Positions 38,263 to 51,145 of a stretch of DNA of 64,000 nt are shown here, piece by piece (the stretch's first letter is position 1; each line of letters opens with the position of its first letter). The notes under the pieces are model-generated. The model was not told the origin of the DNA, searched no databases, and saw nothing but the letters and a program-made list of their open reading frames with translations. The translations under genes and the position numbers were made by a program. Source of the DNA: Lingula anatina (taxonomy: Eukaryota > Animalia > Brachiopoda); contig CM120649.1 in the NCBI GenBank assembly GCA_051362555.1, forward strand, positions 11,222,001 to 11,286,000. The letters are read 5' to 3'.

Positions 38263-41200
38263 CTCAAAATCAGACGTATTCAATATTCTGAGTTTGTGAA
38301 ATGTTAACCACGGAAGTATATTGTACTAATTCTAGCCGTACAGTCTTCCCCTTAAATACAGATTTTGACCGATACAACTTATAATAATTACCCTGATGTC
38401 GACTAGGGTTTCGAGCTTTTTCCTATTGTCACAAATAAAACAAAACAGTTTTCGTGTTTCCGCCATTTATTATTAAAGGCTACTTGGTGCCAACTTGCGT
38501 AGTTGTAGAGATAACCATCAGTATTAGAATGTATTGAATTCATTCATTCCGTTTAGATTAATTATCTTAGGGAATTAACTGCCAAAATTATTTTTCTTGG
38601 AAAAAACAAGTTTTGCCTACTCACGTATCATTGTTCGACACGATGGTTTATTCCATTTTGAAGTAGACAGTTTAGTCCTAAATTACTGACAAATCGTTTA
38701 GAACAGCATGTGCCTATACTGGCCTTCACCGGGCATGGTTTAATTCTAACTTCATTATTCAAAGTCATATCTAGACTTATGTATGATTATAATGACCCAT
38801 AATCCTCGTGTTCACTAGGGATTCAAGCTTTATCCACAGAAAAAAGAAACAATTTACGAGTTTCCTTCATTAATTTTTAAGGGCTATTGGTACTTACTGA
38901 AGAAGTTGTAAATATAATGATCACTATAGGAATATGCTGTTTTCATTCATTCCGCATAAAGGCACTCTAAATAGGACTTACCCGCTTAAATGATTTTTTC
39001 TCGAAAAATAGCCGTTTTAGTATTACTCACTAACATTTGGTCTACCCTTTCGAACATTAAGATAAGAATTTCCATTCTGTTTTCAATTTAATAGTTTAGT
39101 TCCTAATGACAGGTCAACCGTTTAGAACAACATCTGCTTCCCGTGACCTTCACCGGGCATGACTTACGTATCACTGCCTACAACTAGAAAACGGTGCAGG
39201 GTTTTCTATTGTCGCCCTGTGTCTTGCATGTTATTGTAATTTTGTATACAATTAGTATTTTCTGTAATTGTGTCAATCTTGCTTATAATCTAAATAGCAT
39301 TTTGAACAGGTTGGCATAATGCAAGTCATACTTATAATCAGGAGAGGTCTTCAAAGCTTCATACTGTTGAAAACTCTTTTCGTATTGATGAATAAGTGAC
39401 TTCTTTGCCTAAGAGTCCTCTAGCTGGCATACCAAAGACATACAGACGGAGTGGTGGTGGGGTGTCAGTGGGGTATCTCGTTTCAAAAACGTCAGTTAGG
39501 CACAGGCTGCAGGGAAACGGTGCTGCCCTTTGATGGTTATCTCTTCTCAGGCGAGCGTTAACTAGAAATAAAGTGTGCTTCCTTCGCACCTGAATAAAAA
39601 ATCAATTCCCTATACTCAAACACTGGCCCTTCAAACGAATTTTTGTGTCTTTTAAATGAGATGGTTAATAATGTTCAAACAGGTTTCTTGACCTATGTTG
39701 ATTATGCGTATATTATGCAGCAATGCATTGATTTGACATTTTTCGGACACGATATTAACACAAGGGTTCAAATTCTTAAGCTTTTTATTTTCTGAAAAAC
39801 AACACCCCTTTCCCCAATGTATCGGAGGGTTATAACAGAGCCAGTGGTGTGAGGGATTGCACAGAAAAATTTCAAATTTCCCAAAAATTGTAAGGTCAAG
39901 ACAGGTTAAACGCGCATGTATATAAAACCTTGCAGGAACCGGAACAAGTAAGGCGCGAGGATGGAACTGACATCGAGTTGGATGGGACAAATTACTGTTC
40001 TTTTTGGAAACAGAAAAATTAACGATAAGTCAATCTTGAAGTTATATGGTGAAAGTGAACAAGAAATAAGCGCCGTACTATTTATTGTTATGTCATAGAT
40101 TCTGTTGTTGGGACCGATCTGTTTAGTAAATGTCAAACTAACTTTATAAGTGACGTACTACACCCTTTATTATGTCAATTACAGGCATACACAGTCCTAC
40201 TTGCATGCGGCGCACATGTGAAAATACGGGATGATATCATTTCTGAGCCTCACACCAAAAGAGCAAGATTGGGCTTTTATGAATTTATATTGCTTTTTTG
40301 TCAACATATAATGAAACATAAAAAGAAACCCTTATTGCACCAGCTCAGTTTCTCTCCTCCGCTTTTGTTAGGAGGGATTTACAAGACAGTGCTGCACTCA
40401 GCGGCAATTGAGTAAAAGTAGTAATAGAAACACTTTTTTTAGTAAATAATTAAATAGTCTTACTCATCGTGATTGTTTAATAGGATATTCACAAAAAATT
40501 GTATTCATATTGTCATTTTCATCCACACAAGTGGATGCATATGTTACAGTGAAATAAACTATAAACTATAAATAAACTATAAACTATATAATGTTTTTCA
40601 AAAACAAAAACAAATAATAATTGATTTATTGAAAATGTATTATTAAAAAATAAACAATTAATAAAGGGCGTACTGAGTAATGATTGTATTTTTACCATGC
40701 ATATAAATAATTCAAACAATTTTACACCCGAAATGCTATAGAACTGCACACACCACCTTCATACTACAGTCAACTGAATAAAAAAAACTCCATCAACCAT
40801 ACCCAACCATCATACCATTCATCTTTATGACATCATCTAGTGACGCTGAGCGCGTTATAGTCTTTCTTCTACTTTAGTCTAGATTCTGAAGTTTTGTATT
40901 TAAAGAAAAAACCATAGCAGACCAGTTTTTGTTTGTTCTGTTACAACTTTGTAGGCGCTAAGGACTCCGACCCTGTTGAATTTAGCTGCAAGAGTCTGCC
41001 TAATAGGCCTACCAATTTTTCAACCATGTGAAGGAAGCGGTAGATTGAGGGTTTCAGTCTGTTAACGCAAGTTTTGCTTTTTTTAAATAAGACTTTAAAT
41101 ATATATCTTTAAATCAAACTCAAAGTTTTTTTTCTGAATACCCACACCCAGCACGCACACACAGGCACACATCAAATTTGCTAGGTGCCTGCTTGCAATT

Positions 41201-41294
41201 ACCCAACCGAAAAAAACAGAGTTTGATTTAACATGGAGCTGAATAGACTGTTAAACTCAAGAAATATGAATTGTTACACCAGAAAAAGATTATA

Positions 41295-42464
41295 CTAAAA
41301 TTTCTCTTCCTCAAGATAATCTTTAGTCCCTTGAGATTCTACTGACCTCTTCTTCAATGTAGCTATATTGATGGCCGACTGACTGATGTTTCCTTTTTGT
41401 GGGTTATTGGAGCGCAACATATTGGTATATGCTTGTCTGACTTCCGGGATACGTAGGCCATATATGATAGGGTCCAGAAGCGGGTTCAGCATGTACAAGT
41501 AAGTGACAACGACGTAAACAATGTCAAAATTCTTAGGGACAGGCGACGAGATTAATTCGAATGAGAAAACAATGGCAAAAGCCACTACCCCGGCACTCCA
41601 GAAGATAAAGACGGTGGCCCACAAAATTGCTATAGTTAGACTTGTCTTGAAGGCTTTTCTCGCCATGCCCTTCGATGGACCTTGTGTCATCTGTTTCCAC
41701 GCTTTGTAGAGGAGTAAAGCCAGCATGACCGTGTTGACAACGAATGCTATGGCAGTTATTATATTGCCAGTTCCACTGAGGGCTAAATTCACTGACGGAG
41801 ACATCAGAGTAGCTAAGCAACCATCTTGGGGTCTCTTTATATAGTTAAAAATGATTCCTAGTGAGAAGGAGACCACTGGGATCAGGTAGGACAAGATCAC
41901 GAAAACAGCCGTTGGCTTCTTGTTGTACTTCTTCGTAAGATCTAAGGGATGCCACACAGTGGTGAGTTGGTGGTAGACAAGAGACGTGGTGGCAATCAAT
42001 GGTAACAAAGTGAAATAAATCGTGAGAGCAACCATAAACCTCTCAAAGCAAGCTAAGTTTATTAAACCAAATTGGACATTCCCATCGGAATCACGGGCGA
42101 TCGCGTCTTCACCAAATGCCACAGTGGTAGCGTTCTGTGATAGGTTGATTGTGTCATGAAGGACAAACACACCGTCTACTGATTCTCTATGGTTCTGGAA
42201 AGGTGGAATCATCGTCTGAATGTGAATATTGACGCATATTGTTATTGCCATGGTCACGGCGAGTATTAGGTCTGACACTGCCAAATTCACCAAGTTGATT
42301 TGGAATGTTGTAAGGGGCCTTGTCAAGCGCCCGAGTGCTGCCAAAGAAACACTGTTCATCATTACAGCGATAACAGATAGCGTAAGAAGGATCTCCCGAG
42401 ACAGCGGTGAAAGCGTCTTTTCCAACCGTGCGATGTAGATCTCAAAATCGGTAGCATTAAACAT
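41295..42464 (-). CDS. Class A orphan GPCR, copy 4
   Basis: 7TM ORF. The ATG homologous to the other copies is at 42464 (MFNATD); an in-frame upstream ATG exists at 42554. Confidence 0.9.
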   Translation of the reverse strand: MFNATDFEIYIARLEKTLSPLSREILLTLSVIAVMMNSVSLAALGRLTRPLTTFQINLVNLAVSDLILAVTMAITICVNIHIQTMIPPFQNHRESVDGVFVLHDTINLSQNATTVAFGEDAIARDSDGNVQFGLINLACFERFMVALTIYFTLLPLIATTSLVYHQLTTVWHPLDLTKKYNKKPTAVFVILSYLIPVVSFSLGIIFNYIKRPQDGCLATLMSPSVNLALSGTGNIITAIAFVVNTVMLALLLYKAWKQMTQGPSKGMARKAFKTSLTIAILWATVFIFWSAGVVAFAIVFSFELISSPVPKNFDIVYVVVTYLYMLNPLLDPIIYGLRIPEVRQAYTNMLRSNNPQKGNISQSAINIATLKKRSVESQGTKDYLEEEKF

Positions 42465-44846
42465 TGTGAGGTTGGTCAGTGTCAGCCACGGAGGTGTAAC
42501 TAAACCAAGCCTTACTGTGATCCCCTTACATACAAATTTTAAACGATACAACATGAGTGGTCCATTATTGAGGAAGGTAAAGAAGTTTAACCAGAAACTT
42601 ATATGAGTACCAATTTTTATTCATCTTTATTCAATGAAAACGTTTTTATCAGTACAATGTGCTACATGAGGTATAATTGGCATAATTCTTTAATCATATC
42701 TTGACTGATGAAATAATAACCCTCTTGTCGACTAGGGTTGCAAGCTTTCTCCTACTGTTACAGATAAAAAAAATACAGTTTACGCGTTACCGCCACTTGT
42801 TATTAAGGGTTATTTGGCGCTTAGTGAAGGAGTCGTAAAGATAATGATCACAATTAGTGTACATTGTACTCATTCATGTACTCTGCAAGGGGTTTACCGT
42901 CTAAAATTTTTCTTGGAAAATAGAAATTCTCCATACACGAGTCATTGTTCGTCCCGTTTCTGCATTCAGACACGATGTTTAATTCCAATTTCAATTTGAT
43001 AGCTAAGTGAAACCATAGCAATTGCCACGCAGTAGCGGTGGGGTGTCAGGGGAAAAACTTTAAAAAAAAAGAAAAGAAAACGCAGATTAAACCACAGGCT
43101 CCAGTAGAAATGTGCTGCTTTATAATGGTTATCCTAAATACAAATATAAAAATAAAAATTTGCTTTCTTTGCGCCTGAATAAAAAATCAGTTCACGATTT
43201 AAACACTAGCGCTTCATACGAATTGGTTAAGTTCTTGAAATGAGATGATTAACGTTTTAAGAGGTTTCTTGAGATAAATTAATTCCGTGTACATTATGTA
43301 ACAATACATTGGTTTGGCATTTTTTGGACACATTATCATCACAAAGATTCGAATTCTAACGCTTTTTATTTTCTGGAAAAAAAGCCCCCCCCCCCCCCCC
43401 CCTCAATTAAAAAAGTATCGGTGGGTTATAACAGAAATAGTTGCGTGTACGATTGCAAAATCACAGAACAATCATAGATTCCCGAAAAAGTGGAAGGTCA
43501 CGACAGGGTAAACGTGCATGTAAATAAATATGCATGTAAATAAAAACGCTATAGTTATCGTGCTGGATATGGAATCGGGATGGCACGAGAACGAAATTGG
43601 CCTCGAGTTGGACCTGGCAATTTTTCAAACACTTTTCCAAACACATACAAACGATACATCAATCCAAATTTTTAAGAAACAAAATGAACTATTAATAAAC
43701 GTCTTACTATTTATTGAAGTATTATACATTAAAATCTTGGGATCTATTTCCTTGATAATTCACTTTATCAATTTTACAGTACCACATACAGGGTACCGTT
43801 ATTATGTCTATTGCATGCATGTCCATACCCGGTACCTACATACGGTGCCAAGTAAAAACACGCAGTGGCGTCATTTTTTTAGCCTAACACGAAAAGAGCA
43901 AGACATGGTCTATGTGAATACTGCTTTCCTTTTCAACATATGGAGTTTTTCAACAAAAAAAATTATTTGATTCATTTCAAAAGTATAATGAAAATATACA
44001 ATTAATTGAGTGTGTAGTGAATATTTATTGTAATGTTAACCATTTTCATGGGCTCTGTATGCTAAATGACAAACTTACTTTATAAATATGGTAACTCAAA
44101 ATAAACATTCAATACGTCTAAAGGCTATCAACGACATTCAAACAAAATTTTACACCAATAGATGCCACCTTTTAATTTAGAGTCAGTTGAATAAGTCTAT
44201 GTCCATCCTACTCAGCCTCATTTGCATCATCTAGTGCTGAAGTCTACCATATGGAATTTTGCATTTAAATATAATAGGACAATTATTTTGATGTGTTCTT
44301 TTACAGCTTTGTAGGCGTTAGGTACTCCAGCCCTGTTGATTTTAGTTGAAAGGATCTACATAACAGGCCTGATTATTTGCCGTGGGTTTGAAAATGTTTT
44401 TTTTTTTATGTGTGCAGTCGTTCTCCATAGACGTGTGGACACTAGCCCCACAATATTTCAAACACTCCAGTCCCACGTGCAAGATGCGACGAGGTGAGAG
44501 TTCCAGTGTTTAAACCAAATCTTTACTAAAATAAGCATTCCTAATGTATTTGGTCAAATCCACCTACTACTTGTTAATTTTTTTTCCACCCACAGACTAC
44601 ACAGGGACGTATTTAAGTGGTCACTCACAATTATCGGACTACGTTGTTTGACCATCAAGTTGGACAGGTGGATTGCCACACGCCTAGCTATACTATGTTT
44701 GTACCCTAGAAATATAAGTCTTAAACCGAATAAATATCATACTAAACATTGTCTACTTCAAAAGATTCATTGCCTGAGATTCTACTGACCTCTTATTCAA
44801 TGTATTTATTTATATGAAAATAATTGAATTATAGCCTCAAAATACC

Positions 44847-45962
44847 TTAAAAGTCCTTGGATTTGTTTTTTATGTTCCTGGATGATCGAGCCTTATTATT
44901 AAAGCCCAGCATACGCTTATATGCTTTTCTGACTTCCTGGATGCGCACGCCATATATGATAGGGTCCAGCAGCGGATTCAGCATATACAAGTTAATAGCA
45001 ACGGTATCAACAATGCCGAAATTTTCAGGGAGGGGCGAAGGGATCAGGTCAAATGCGAAAATTATTGAAAAAGTCACGACGCCGGTGCCCCAGAAGACGA
45101 AAACGGTACCCCACAGCGTCGCTACAGTTAGACTTACTTTGACAGTCGACACTTTCACAGAGACGCTCGCTGATGGACTTTGTGCCAGTTGTTTCCGAGT
45201 TTTGTAGAGGAGTAAGGCCAACATCGCCGTGTTCCCAACGAACGCTATGGCTGTTGTTATACTGACAGTTCCACTGACGGCTAAATACACTGGCTGAGAC
45301 ATCAGAGTAGCTAAGCAACCATCTTGGGGTTCCTTTATGTACTTGTAGGTGATTCCCGCGGAGAAGGAGACCGCAGGGATGAGATAGGACAAGATCACGA
45401 AAAACGCCGTTGGCTTCTTGTTGACCTTCATGGTCAAATCCAAGGGATACCATACTATAGTGAGTTGGTGGTATACGAGCGAGGTAGTAGCCATCAGAGG
45501 CAATAGAGTGAAATAACTCATCAGACAAACGGTAAACCTCTCAAGGCAAGCTAAGCTTATTAAACCAACTGGGGTTTTCTCGTCGAAATCATGGGCAGTC
45601 GCTTCTTCACCAAGTGCCATACTTGTAGCGTTCTCAGTGAAGTTCGCCGTCTCATCAAAGACATAAGCAACGTCCTGTGAATCTCTAGGGTTCAGAGAAA
45701 GTGAAATCTTCGTCTGAATGTAAATATTGACGCATATTGCTACCGCCATAGTCACGGCAAGGATAAGGTCTGACACTGCCAAATTCACCAAATTGATTTG
45801 GAAAGTTGTAACGGGTCTTGTCAACCGACCCAAGGCTGCCAACGAAATGCTGTTCATCAGTACGGCGATCACTGATAGACTAAGTAGGGTCTCCCGCGAC
45901 GGTGGTAAAAGCGCTTGTTCCAACTGCGAGATGTAGATCTCAAAATTAGACGAATTCAACAT
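44847..45962 (-). CDS. Class A orphan GPCR, copy 5 (replaced C-terminal tail)
   Basis: 371-aa 7TM ORF with NLAVSD, YHQL and LNPLLDPIIYGVR. The ancestral tail sequence is left non-coding at about 44772-44803. Confidence 0.9.
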   Translation of the reverse strand: MLNSSNFEIYISQLEQALLPPSRETLLSLSVIAVLMNSISLAALGRLTRPVTTFQINLVNLAVSDLILAVTMAVAICVNIYIQTKISLSLNPRDSQDVAYVFDETANFTENATSMALGEEATAHDFDEKTPVGLISLACLERFTVCLMSYFTLLPLMATTSLVYHQLTIVWYPLDLTMKVNKKPTAFFVILSYLIPAVSFSAGITYKYIKEPQDGCLATLMSQPVYLAVSGTVSITTAIAFVGNTAMLALLLYKTRKQLAQSPSASVSVKVSTVKVSLTVATLWGTVFVFWGTGVVTFSIIFAFDLIPSPLPENFGIVDTVAINLYMLNPLLDPIIYGVRIQEVRKAYKRMLGFNNKARSSRNIKNKSKDF

Positions 45963-46652
45963 TTTGAGTTTGGTCAGTGTCAGCCACGGAGGTATATCCT
46001 ACTAAAACTCACGTGGAAGTGATCGGCTTAAACACAGGTTTGATCTAAATGCAGAATTTGGTTAGCAGCAGTATAAGGTCACTTATACTAGATAATAGAC
46101 GAGTAAAAATACAAGTGATGCATTCTTACCAAAGACTTCTTTGATAAATGCCGTTTTCTTCGTCATCAATGCTATTTGCAAAATTAGGAATAATTGGAAT
46201 AATTCAAAGTCATATCTAGGCTGAGGATAATAACCAAAAATCCTCGTATCGATTCGGATAGCGGGTTTTCTACTGTCACAAATAAAAGCAGTCTAGGGGT
46301 TTCCGTCATTAGGGGCTATTTGGTGTTACATAAAGAAGTCCTCAAGATTTGATCACTATTAGTAAATTATTTTTTCCTTTTTGCTTAAGATTTGTATAAC
46401 ATTTGTGAATATTTTTGGTTTTTAATATTGTCACAAATCACCTGTTCTTGTGACCCAGAAACATTTTAGTTTTATGTTCTTTTTGTTAGTTTTATCATGC
46501 CATTATATTCATACTCAAAATACATTTCTGCAAGTGATACCTATAGTTTTTATAAGCAGATGTCATCTTCAAAACACCGTCTTTAGAGATCAATCGGACA
46601 AAGCTGCGTTAACAACCGGCTGGAAATTAGTCAAATTGTTCATGTAATTTGT

Positions 46653-46862
46653 TGTGTTTGGTTTACTTGGTGGGTGGCGACGGATACTGGATTGGCTTAA
46701 CTTTGTCACTCAGGGGGAAATATACTTATAGGCATATAAGAAATTATATGGAAATAAGTCAAATTATTCAAGTAGTTTGCTGTGTTTGGTTTACTTGGTG
46801 GGTGGCGACAGATACTGACTTGTTTAATTTCGTCACTCGGGGGGAAATGCACTTATTGCCAT
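46653..46862. repeat. Two-copy local duplication, about 128-bp spacing
   Basis: TGTGTTTGGTTTACTTGGTGGGTGGCGAC(G/A)GATACTG at about 46653 and 46781. Confidence 0.8.
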
Positions 46863-48191
46863 ACCTTTAATAAACTAAAACACTGTATGTGCTTGCTCCG
46901 TATAATAAGAACGCCAACGGAACAGTTATCAAGCAATGACAATTACCTGGAATTCATCGATGACCCTGCTATCTAAGAAAGTTACTTTGGCCTGCATTGC
47001 CCTTCACATTCTGGTACATTACACATCTTCACTGTCGTCTTTCTCTGTCGGAATCTTAAATTGTCTCGGTACGTAATCCCAACAAACGAACTGTTCATAA
47101 TTTATTGTGATCGGTACACACATTTAGGTAAATGAAATGAAATGTGGGATTAAAATGTTATCACCCTCGTGCACCCATGTATCATAGTGCATGACATTAC
47201 GCAATCTGAAAGGTAAACTTTTATATTTATATTATTTTATCAGGGGTAGGGGTTGAACTCTGAAATAATTAACTCTATATCATGGGCGTTGATCATCAAG
47301 AACAGCATCTTAGTCAATTTAAAGTATAAAACAAAGAGCATCGTTTGTCAGATACAGGTTGAGGAAATGTGTCAAACAAGACAGCAGTGGACGAAGGGGA
47401 CAATACCCAGTCTCCTCAAAATAAACAAATAAATAAATGGATTGAATTAATAAATAATAGTTAATAAAATAAAATAAAATAAATAACTTTTTGTCATTTG
47501 TGAAAGTACGACGTTCCGCATCCAGGAGATCATAACAGTACGCACGCTATTAGACACGTGACTTACAAAGAACACATTCAGATGTTAATTGTGCATAGAT
47601 TTAGGCACCTTTTCTACATCTATGGAAATCGATATGGAACATCAGATTTGAGGAGGTGAATGTTCATAATTTGAATACATGAGAAAAATGTGGATATACT
47701 TTGGTACTTTTGATTTTACTGTGTCAGGTTAGATGTTTTATCTTGAATAAAGTAAATCACTGTTTAAATCGTTGTAGCTATGGTGTGACAATTTAATAGC
47801 AAAACGCCATGGCACTGGAGGTATGCCAACCTTTTTTTATGAAAAGTGTACTGTAAAGTTGCTTTTGCAATGGGGGAACACGCTCTAATGAATCATCCCA
47901 TTTTTTAATCTACCTAAAAGCTGCTTCTGTAGGATACTATAGATAAAGTTCATTTAAAGACACCGTGTATGTACGTTCAGCTGTCGCCTTCGTCTGTAGT
48001 CATTGTTGGCGTCTCCGTGCATGTTTACCGTAAACACAAGATATGGAGAAATGTGCCACTTTTTATCTTCAAACTTACTGTAGTGATTAGATTGAGTTCC
48101 AAAACCAGCCTGGTTGAATCCTTTTTCAAATTATGCATTTTTGTGTAGTTAGATTTTTCAAATGTTCTTTTCAGGGCTAAATTACAGTTCT

Positions 48192-48365
48192 CAGGGCCGT
48201 AGCCTGAGCAAAATACCGGGGGGGGGGGGGGGGGGCAGTAAGCGGACACGAGGGGGCGAAGCTACCGAGGGGGGAGGGTGTGGTGTGTAAAATTCCAAAT
48301 TCCAGGGGGGGGGGGGCAGCTGCCCCCCCCTGCCCCCCCCCCCCTCCCCGGAGGCTACGGCCCTG
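48192..48365. mobile_element. hAT-like MITE with an apparent 5-bp target duplication
   Basis: TIRs CAGGGCCGTAGCC / GGCTACGGCCCTG, GTTCT on both sides, and poly-G/poly-C tracts inside. Confidence 0.8.
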
Positions 48366-50019
48366 GTTCTTATGTCCTCAGTAATGAAATTACATGATCA
48401 ACATAGGTGGTGATCATACCATTTAACATTAGGTTATATTGCATCAAAATTGGCTAAAAATCCTACTCTGTGCACAGTCATCTTCTTTTCGGTAGATCAC
48501 GCACTAATGAAACTTTCAGGATCAGTGGTCAAATTCCCTTTATGTAGAAATCGCCCTTAGAAAATCCAACACAGACAACTATAACCACTTTCAATATTCT
48601 AAATGTAAAATCGTGTCTTGCTCCGTTCACACTACACCATGGAAATAGTCGTGGGGAATCGAACTATTTTAATCTTAAACCATGACTGTTAAGTTACTAA
48701 ATGTGCTTGTGAATTATTAAATGTCTCCTACATACTCCTCCCTAGCTTAATCTGACTTGCATTAATTTGAGTGGGCAGCTAGCCCGATATGACAACAATT
48801 TGCACAACGTGAAAAACGTTTCTTCTGAAAAAGAGAAAAAAATTCTCAGCGGACTCTATAAATGTTTTTCTTTTCAGAAATCGCATCGACGATCAATAAC
48901 GCCCCAGCTTAACCCTCTATATATTTTGCGACCACCTATCTTGTGGAAACTATACCAAAAGAGTAAAAGCTCTCAAATGCTGAGAGGTTGTTTCAATTTT
49001 AGATATTACAGTGTCTCATTCAACCCTGTGTGAGAAACTATCGAGGTTTTATGCGACATCACTTACTAATGGCGGGCATAAGTGGTTGGACTTTTTATTC
49101 GTCTAAGATACGGTTGCTGAAATAGAATAGTAAAACGTTATCACTGGTGTGAACACAAGTTCTTTTATTGCCAGATATATAGTACAAGATGTAGTTTTGT
49201 CAGGACGTGGGTGTGCAAACCTCGAGAACATGAGAGACCGGGTGGAACAAGGCTTTACCTGCGGTGGGCACCAAGCATGTAAGGCCCAAAACTGGGGCAG
49301 TTGTCAAGGCAACTCAATTTTAAATTATTTTAATAATTAAAATTAATTAATGAATAACCACCAACATCTGATTTGTAGTTCTGTCAATTTCTGTTCCGCC
49401 CTGGATTTTTAAAATCAATATCCATTTATCACTTGCAAGTACATGTGTATCTCAATCTTCACATTCGACCTGGGTCAAGGTACAAATAATTTCCAGCTAT
49501 TTGTGTAGACTAGTATCAGTGGACCCAAGAAAGAAAAATCCAGTTTACAGATAAGACAGGTCAATTTACTAGAAAGATTTTTATTTTTGACTAATCAAAA
49601 AAAAAAAAAAAAAAGACTGGATCTGGTTAACTGAACACTGGTATAATAGACTTAAAGAGTTTATGTATAAGAGCTTGAAATGATCTGAGCAAGTCTGATA
49701 TCATTTCTCGATTAAAAAAATTATTTACCGATTCAGTGTTTCTAGAAAAAAAATATACAAAAGTTTCAGGAGTTCCCCAAAGTCTGTAAATGTGTACTGA
49801 ACAAAATACTAATATTGTTAGGTAAAAGTTTATTGTAAAAATGTTATTAAGTGAAATAAACAAATAAATAAATGTTCCCCAGTGAAATATAAATGGGAAA
49901 GAATCAAATTTAAGTCAGAATAAGTCTTCAAACATCTGTATATTTCCACAGAACAATTAAATTTCTTCTGAGTAATATTTATGAGGAAACAATGAGCACA
50001 AATCTCAAGAAAACAGTAT

Positions 50020-50508
50020 TTAAAAGTCTGGATCTGAATCATCATCCCATTCACAAGTCTCTACACCACCCTCAAATTCCACCTCTACGTCATACTCGTA
50101 ACCAGGATCTCCAGGCTTCTTTCTGTTCTTCTCAAACGACTCCTCCATGACAGCTTTTTTAGCAGCCAATGTCCTATCATCTGCCTTGTTCAAGTCCTCC
50201 TCTGGATCGATAGTTTCTAGTTTCTCTCTCTCTCTTAAACTGTCCTCCAAACTTATCCCTTTCATTTTATCCTGAATCACAGTCAGCAGTTTCTCCAGCT
50301 GTCTCAAGGGGATGTTTTGTAAATATTTTTCATGTTTTTTATTGAGTCTCAGTTCATCAACTGCGCGTTGTATCCCAGAATTCTTGGTGAAGTTCCGCAC
50401 AGGCATTGTGCGACGGTGAAGTTTGTTCTTAGATACAATGAGGTAAGTTACGATGATAGCTGGGGGGTTGAAACGTATTCCACATTTCTTCAGTTGAATG
50501 TCTGTCAT
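50020..50508 (-). CDS. CEP19: Centrosomal protein of 19 kDa
   Basis: 162 aa with KKCGIRFNPPAI, RTMPVRNF, LRQLEKL, IDPEEDLNK, FEKN and YDVEVEF, all recognisable CEP19 motifs. A splice acceptor near 50549 implies upstream non-coding exon(s) at about 51457-51590. Confidence 0.96.
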   Translation of the reverse strand: MTDIQLKKCGIRFNPPAIIVTYLIVSKNKLHRRTMPVRNFTKNSGIQRAVDELRLNKKHEKYLQNIPLRQLEKLLTVIQDKMKGISLEDSLREREKLETIDPEEDLNKADDRTLAAKKAVMEESFEKNRKKPGDPGYEYDVEVEFEGGVETCEWDDDSDPDF

Positions 50509-51145
50509 ATTTGCTTTTAGCTTTGGCTTTACATTGGCCTGTTAAAATCTGCAAAAATTGAACAAGAAAATGATGTAAGCAAAAACTAGACAGCATTTCA
50601 AAGCACAGAACTCTATGGACGGAAAAAAGAAAGGCAATAGTACTTCTTTAAGGGTTTAAAACAAAAACAAAATTATTTTAAAACTACCAGGATAGGATTA
50701 AGTTCACAAAACTGTAATCACTTCTTTTCCTCCTGAAAATGTCTTTGTCAAAATAAAAAAAAAGACTTCTCGCCCACTAACAAACAGACAGACAAATGCT
50801 GATAAGAACATAACCTCCTTTGATTAGGTTACAGGCAATAATTATAGCAGTCAGCATACAGATGCTAATAAAATCTTATGGAAAAAAATTAATGTGTTAG
50901 AGAAGGTGTGAGGCACATCGTTTTTGAACTGATGTCAAGATGTAGGTAATGACCCATTTGTGTGGAATTCCTACTGAAAAATATGTGTATAATTAATATG
51001 GATTAAATAAGAGAAGGCTTTCTACCCCCGAAACATAGCACAGCTAAGCTTACAGCACTTGTGCGCCGATGAAGTGAAATGTAAACCCCTTCCCACCCCA
51101 ATACGGTACACACACAGTAAAATTCATTTCCTAGGCAACTGAATA

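Larger units (their letters stand above)
23700..46550. repeat. Tandem segmental duplication array, units of about 3.6-6.8 kb, each carrying one GPCR
   Basis: Non-coding landmarks recur once per unit, e.g. CCCAATGTATCGGTGGGTTATAACAGAG-like at about 23865, 30630, 36000, 39812 and 43415. Boundaries are approximate. Confidence 0.85.

Noticed and set aside
43530-43970. 146-aa plus-strand ORF in a GPCR spacer
   Set aside because: The paralogous spacers (about 23960, 30735, 39915) do not keep a comparable frame open.
25702-45936. Recurring alternative-frame and antisense ORFs over the GPCRs (e.g. 25828-26211, 32494-32916, 37355-37777, 45049-45528, 32482-32670)
   Set aside because: They recur only because the GPCR genes are paralogous. 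Their starts and stops vary between copies and they show no recognisable domain.
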